From assembly GCA_002862085.1 (NCBI GenBank), contig PKCK01000075.1, positions 1,533 to 65,532 of the forward strand: 64,000 nucleotides of DNA, written 5' to 3'. This document shows, piece by piece, positions 55,851 through 64,000 of the stretch (position 1 is its first letter; each line of letters starts with the position of its first letter). This DNA is from Planctomycetota bacterium (lineage in GTDB: Bacteria; Planctomycetota; UBA1135; GCA-002686595). Position numbers and translations under genes: made by a program. The notes beneath the pieces were generated by a model. It did not search any database and was not told the origin of the DNA. It worked only from the letters and a program-made list of their open reading frames with translations.

Positions 55851-56735
55851 TCAGAGGGAGCGCGGCCGCCGGCGGCGCCCGGGCCCGCGGCGTTCGAGGT
55901 CCGCGAGGACCTCGTCGATCGTGTTCACCAGGTCCTGCTTGTCCTTCGGGAGAGTCCCGGCGAGTGCCAGCTGGTTCGACACGTGGTTCGAGCGGAAGAC
56001 GCTCCCCTCGAGCTCGAGCCCGGCGACGAACTCGCGCTGCTCGCGGGTCAGCTCGACCACGCTCGGCTCGTCGACCTCGCCGCGCTCGGCCTGGTCCCAG
56101 AGCGGCGTGCCCTCGACCGGGGTCATGACGAGGGTGCTGACGAAGCGCGGCTGGATGCGATTGATGATCGCTGCGCTCGCGCGCGCGTGCTCGACGGAGC
56201 GCTCCCGGCCTGCGGCGCCCAGGAGGATCATGCACGAGAGCTTCATGCGCGCCGCGCTGGCCTTCGCGGCGACGCGGACCATCTCCTCCGCGTCGACGCC
56301 CTTGTCGAGGCGCTCGAGGGTGGCGTCGTCCCCCGACTCGACGCCGAGGTAGAGCTGCGTGAGACCCGCGGCGCGCAGCCTGTCGAGCTCCTCGGGCGTG
56401 CGCACCTGGAGGGACTGGGGGGAGGCGTAGCAGGAGACCCGGCGCAGCCGGGGGAACGCCGCGCGCAGCTCCACGAGGACGTCCTCCAGGAAGCGGGCCT
56501 TCGCCACGAGGGCGTCACCGTCCGCGAGGAAGACCTTGTCCACCGCGGCGCCCAGCTCCGCGGCCGCCCACGCGATCTCCTTCCTCAGCTCGTCCAGCGG
56601 CCGGACGCGAAAACGCTTGTCCCTGTACATCCCGCAGAAGGTGCAGCGGTTGTACGAGCAGCCGATCGTCGCCTGCAGGATCAGGCTGTTCGCCTCGGAG
56701 GGGGGGCGATAGAGCTGGCCTTCGTAGGTGATCAC
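55851..56735 (-). CDS. uncharacterised radical SAM protein
   Basis: YRPPSEANSLILQATIGCSYNRCTFC (CxxxCxxC); VFLADGD; LYLGVESG. Confidence 0.92.
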   Translation of the reverse strand: MITYEGQLYRPPSEANSLILQATIGCSYNRCTFCGMYRDKRFRVRPLDELRKEIAWAAAELGAAVDKVFLADGDALVAKARFLEDVLVELRAAFPRLRRVSCYASPQSLQVRTPEELDRLRAAGLTQLYLGVESGDDATLERLDKGVDAEEMVRVAAKASAARMKLSCMILLGAAGRERSVEHARASAAIINRIQPRFVSTLVMTPVEGTPLWDQAERGEVDEPSVVELTREQREFVAGLELEGSVFRSNHVSNQLALAGTLPKDKQDLVNTIDEVLADLERRGPGRRRRPRSL

Positions 56736-56843
56736 GGCGAGCAGGATAGCCGCGCACGGGCCGGCTCATCATCGAGGCGGCCCGCCTCGCCTTCGCGAGA
56801 AGGCGCGGCGGGCCGCTGCGACCGAGGTCCCCCCCGGGCTGGT

Positions 56844-58256
<1,413 letters not shown>

Positions 58257-58275
58257 GAGTCGTTCTCCTTCGGAC

Positions 58276-61122
<2,847 letters not shown>

Positions 61123-61554
61123 CGGGGTTCTGCTGCGGGGCATGGGAGGAGATGAGTTCGAGCGGCTGATACGAGCACCATCGGCCGGAGACCGGACCAC
61201 CTTCCATTGGAACCCGCGGCAGTGGAGCGGGTTCCGCCCGATTCACGCTTCCGGGCGGCCCACCGAGGGCGTCCGGGTCCCGCTCTGGGGCGCGCGCCAC
61301 CGCTCCTGCTCCTGGCCGCCCGGGGAGCAGCGGGACGGGCCGTGGTGCGGTCCGGCGACGCGTTACAGGGTGCCGCGGTGGCACCGGGGTGGGGTCAGCC
61401 GATATCGTGCTCCGCCCAAATCGCCGCGGCCGGGGACGCACCCCGCTCCGCAGCGACCCGTTCCGGCGGCCCGCGCGGCCGTCCAGAGCGCGAGGCGCGC
61501 GCTCTCGCTGCGCCCGCGCACCACCCAGCGGACCCACCGGGTTCGCTCGATCCG

Positions 61555-62619
61555 ATGAGCACGAAGAAGAAGATCGCGGTCCTCCCCGGGGACGGCATTG
61601 GAGTCGAGGTGACCGCGAGCGCGGCCCGGGTCCTCACGGCCGCCTGCGATGCGGCCGGCATCGAGCTCCAGCTCGACGAGTACTCCTTCGGCACCGACTG
61701 CTACCACGCGAACGGGACGGCTTTCCCCGACGTGACCCGGGAAGGGTGCCTGGCCGCCGACGCGGTGCTCCTCGGCGCCGTCGGCTCCGCCAACCCGGTG
61801 AACCACGACGAGCTCGGCCTGCTCGACCTGCGCAAGGCCCTCGGCCTCTACGCGAACATCCGTCCGATCACGCCCTTCGCGGAGCTCTCCGGCGCGACCC
61901 CGTTCCGCCCCGAGATCCTCGACGGCGTCGACTTCGTCATCGTCCGCGAGCTCGCCGAGGGGCTCTACTTCGGCGACCACGCGGGCGACGACGAGCGCGC
62001 CACGGACGAGTGCTTCTACACCCGCGGTGCCATCGAGCGCATCGCGCGCGCCGCGGGGGCGATGGCGCGCGAGCGGGGCGTGAAGGTCACCTCGGTGGAC
62101 AAGGTCAACGTCCTCTCCACGTCCAAGCTCTGGCGCGCGACCTTCACGGACGTCTTCGCATCCGAGTTCCCCGACGTCGAGCTCGAGCACATGCTCGTGG
62201 ACGCCATGGCGATGATCTCGATCCAGCGGCCGGCGAGCCTCGGGGTCGTCGCGACCTCGAACATGTTCGGCGACATCCTCTCCGACGAGTGCTCGGTGCT
62301 CGCCGGCGGCCTCGGGATGCTCCCCTCGGGCTCCTTCGGCGCGCCCGGCCCGTCCTTCTACGAGCCGGTCCACGGTTCCGCCCCCGACATCGCCGGGCAG
62401 GGCGTCGCGAACCCGATCGGCGCGATCCTCTCGGCCGCGATGCTCGCCGAGCACTCCCTGGGCTCGATCGAGGTCGCCCAGGCCATCGTCAAGGGCGTGC
62501 GCGGCGCTCTGGCGTCCGGCCTGCGCACGCGCGACATCGCCGGCGGGGGGGGACACGTCGTCGGGACCGAGGCCTTCACCCAGGCCGTGATCGAGCAGCT
62601 CTCCGCAGCGCGCGCCTGA
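61555..62619 (+). CDS. leuB: 3-isopropylmalate dehydrogenase
   Basis: LPGDGIG; ELGLLDLRKALGLYANIRP; VRE..EGLYFG; NMFGDILSDE; HGSAPDIAG. ATG 61555. Confidence 0.92.
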   Translation: MSTKKKIAVLPGDGIGVEVTASAARVLTAACDAAGIELQLDEYSFGTDCYHANGTAFPDVTREGCLAADAVLLGAVGSANPVNHDELGLLDLRKALGLYANIRPITPFAELSGATPFRPEILDGVDFVIVRELAEGLYFGDHAGDDERATDECFYTRGAIERIARAAGAMARERGVKVTSVDKVNVLSTSKLWRATFTDVFASEFPDVELEHMLVDAMAMISIQRPASLGVVATSNMFGDILSDECSVLAGGLGMLPSGSFGAPGPSFYEPVHGSAPDIAGQGVANPIGAILSAAMLAEHSLGSIEVAQAIVKGVRGALASGLRTRDIAGGGGHVVGTEAFTQAVIEQLSAARA

Positions 62620-62761
62620 GCGCCTCGCCGCCCGCCCGCCCCCTCCCGCGTCCGCGACGGGGGACGGACGGCGACCGCTCCAGCCCGTGGACGACGCCGC
62701 GGCCGCGATTTCGGCCCGTGGGGGCTCCGGGAAGTCCATCTTCCTGCCGATAGCCCCGGGG

Positions 62762-64000
62762 ATGGCCAAGCTCGGTCTGAACACCCGCCTGAACCAGGGC
62801 ATGCGGCAGAGCCAGGAGATGATCCTGGCGCCGCGGATGCTTCAGTCCATCGAGGTGCTGGCGCTCCCGCTCCAGGATCTCGAGGGGTGGCTCGGCGTCC
62901 AGGCGGAGACCAACGAGGCTCTCCTGGTGGAGCCGCCCGAGCCCACCGGCGCCACCGAGGCCCAGGTCCACGCGGTCGAGACCCTCGGACCGGCTCGCTC
63001 GCGCGCCGCCCTCGCGAAGGCCTCGGACGATCACCATGCCCTCCTCCAGGCGCAGCCCGATCCCGGCGAGTCGCTGACCGACTCGCTGCTGCGCCAGCTG
63101 GACGCCCGCGCCGTGACCGGGGACCTCGGCGCGTGGGCTCGCTTCCTCGTGGGATGCCTCACCGACGGGGGCTTGCTCGAGACGCTCGACGAGGAGCTGC
63201 GTGAGCTCGCCATCTCCGCCGACCTGCCCTTCGCCGGGGTCCTGCGCGGCGACGCTCTGCTGGGCGAGGCGATCGGCGAGCTGCAGCAACTCGAACCCGC
63301 TGGCGTCGGCGCTCGCAGCGCTGTGGAGGCGCTGCTCCTCCAGCTCGATCCGGAGGACAGGGACTACGCGCTGCTCTGCCGGCTCCTCGAGGACTTCCTC
63401 GTGGAGCTCAGCCGGAACCAGCGGCCCTCGGTCGCGTCGAAGCTCGGCCTGGAGCTCGCAGAGCTCGACCGGCTCCTCGGCGTGCTCGAGCGCCTCGACA
63501 TGCGTCCCGCGGCTGGCCACGGCTCCGCCGACGCCCCGACCATCGTCCCGGACGTGCTCGCCCTCCCCGTGGAAGGCGGCGCCTGGACCGTGGAGCTCAC
63601 CCGTGGCGCACTGCCAAGGGTCTCCATCGACCCCATCGCCCAGGAGCTGCTCGAATCCCTGGAGCGCGGCGACGAGGCGCGTCCGTACCTCGCGGCGAAG
63701 GTCGAGAAGGCCCGCTGGGTCAGCGAGGCCGTCGAGATGCGTGGCGCCACGCTCCTGCGGGTCGCGAGCGAGGTGCTTCAGCGTCAGCGCGCCTTCCTCG
63801 ACGAGGGTCCCAAGGCTCTGGAGGCGCTCTCCATGGGAGAGGTCGCCGGCGCCCTCGAGCTCGCGACGAGCACCGTCAGCCGTGCCGTCGCTGGCAAGCA
63901 CGTGCAGACGCCCTACGGGATCGTTCCGCTCCGCAGCTTCTTCCAATCCTCCGTCGGAGGCGCGGACGGAGCCTCCGCCATCGACGCAGTGCGCGAGAAG
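62762..64000 (+). CDS. rpoN: RNA polymerase sigma-54 factor, 3'-truncated by the window edge
   Basis: Manual translation (absent from the ORF track): MAKLGLNTRLNQGMRQSQEMILAPRMLQSIEVLALPLQDL (region I); QLEPAGVGARS; HTH LELATSTVSRAVAGKHVQTPYGIVPLRSFF. Confidence 0.93.
   Translation, partial: MAKLGLNTRLNQGMRQSQEMILAPRMLQSIEVLALPLQDLEGWLGVQAETNEALLVEPPEPTGATEAQVHAVETLGPARSRAALAKASDDHHALLQAQPDPGESLTDSLLRQLDARAVTGDLGAWARFLVGCLTDGGLLETLDEELRELAISADLPFAGVLRGDALLGEAIGELQQLEPAGVGARSAVEALLLQLDPEDRDYALLCRLLEDFLVELSRNQRPSVASKLGLELAELDRLLGVLERLDMRPAAGHGSADAPTIVPDVLALPVEGGAWTVELTRGALPRVSIDPIAQELLESLERGDEARPYLAAKVEKARWVSEAVEMRGATLLRVASEVLQRQRAFLDEGPKALEALSMGEVAGALELATSTVSRAVAGKHVQTPYGIVPLRSFFQSSVGGADGASAIDAVREK

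Overview
This very GC-rich bacterial window most likely comes from a Planctomycetota genome, judging by the DUF1501 + DUF1549/DUF1553 cytochrome pair, the long SecE and the absence of rpmD. It is dominated by the core transcription/translation superlocus. Gene order: two convergent flavoprotein paralogs, slyD-like FKBP, a degenerate sulfatase-like membrane protein, a receiver-only regulator, aroC; tRNA-Thr/Tyr/Gly/Thr, tuf, rpmG, secE, nusG, rplKAJL, rpoBC, rpsLG; a four-gene insert (LURP/tubby-like, Zn-ribbon membrane protein, Tsr3-like protein, GH20); a divergent EF-G; the S10/spc/alpha operons (no rpsN, rpmD or map) ending in adk; SOUL and ACT proteins, dnaE, argF'; tRNA-Arg(ACG), tadA, two tRNA-Ser, SRP RNA, dnaX, ybaB, recR; a radical SAM protein, DUF1501, DUF1549/1553, leuB and a truncated rpoN. 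Four observations stand out. (1) A bacterial protein with the motif pattern of archaeal/eukaryotic Tsr3 aminocarboxypropyltransferase sits inside the split str operon. (2) The str-position EF-G has a degenerate domain IV and an NKCE G4 motif. (3) At least nine non-ribosomal genes have a TANNNT box 6-8 nt before the start codon, which suggests leaderless mRNAs, while several ribosomal/RNAP genes have a CAGAAC motif instead of a Shine-Dalgarno. (4) ArgF' has Ala at the acetyl/succinyl specificity position. No mobile elements, CRISPR arrays or rRNA genes were seen. All family assignments come from motif recognition by eye, not database searches.
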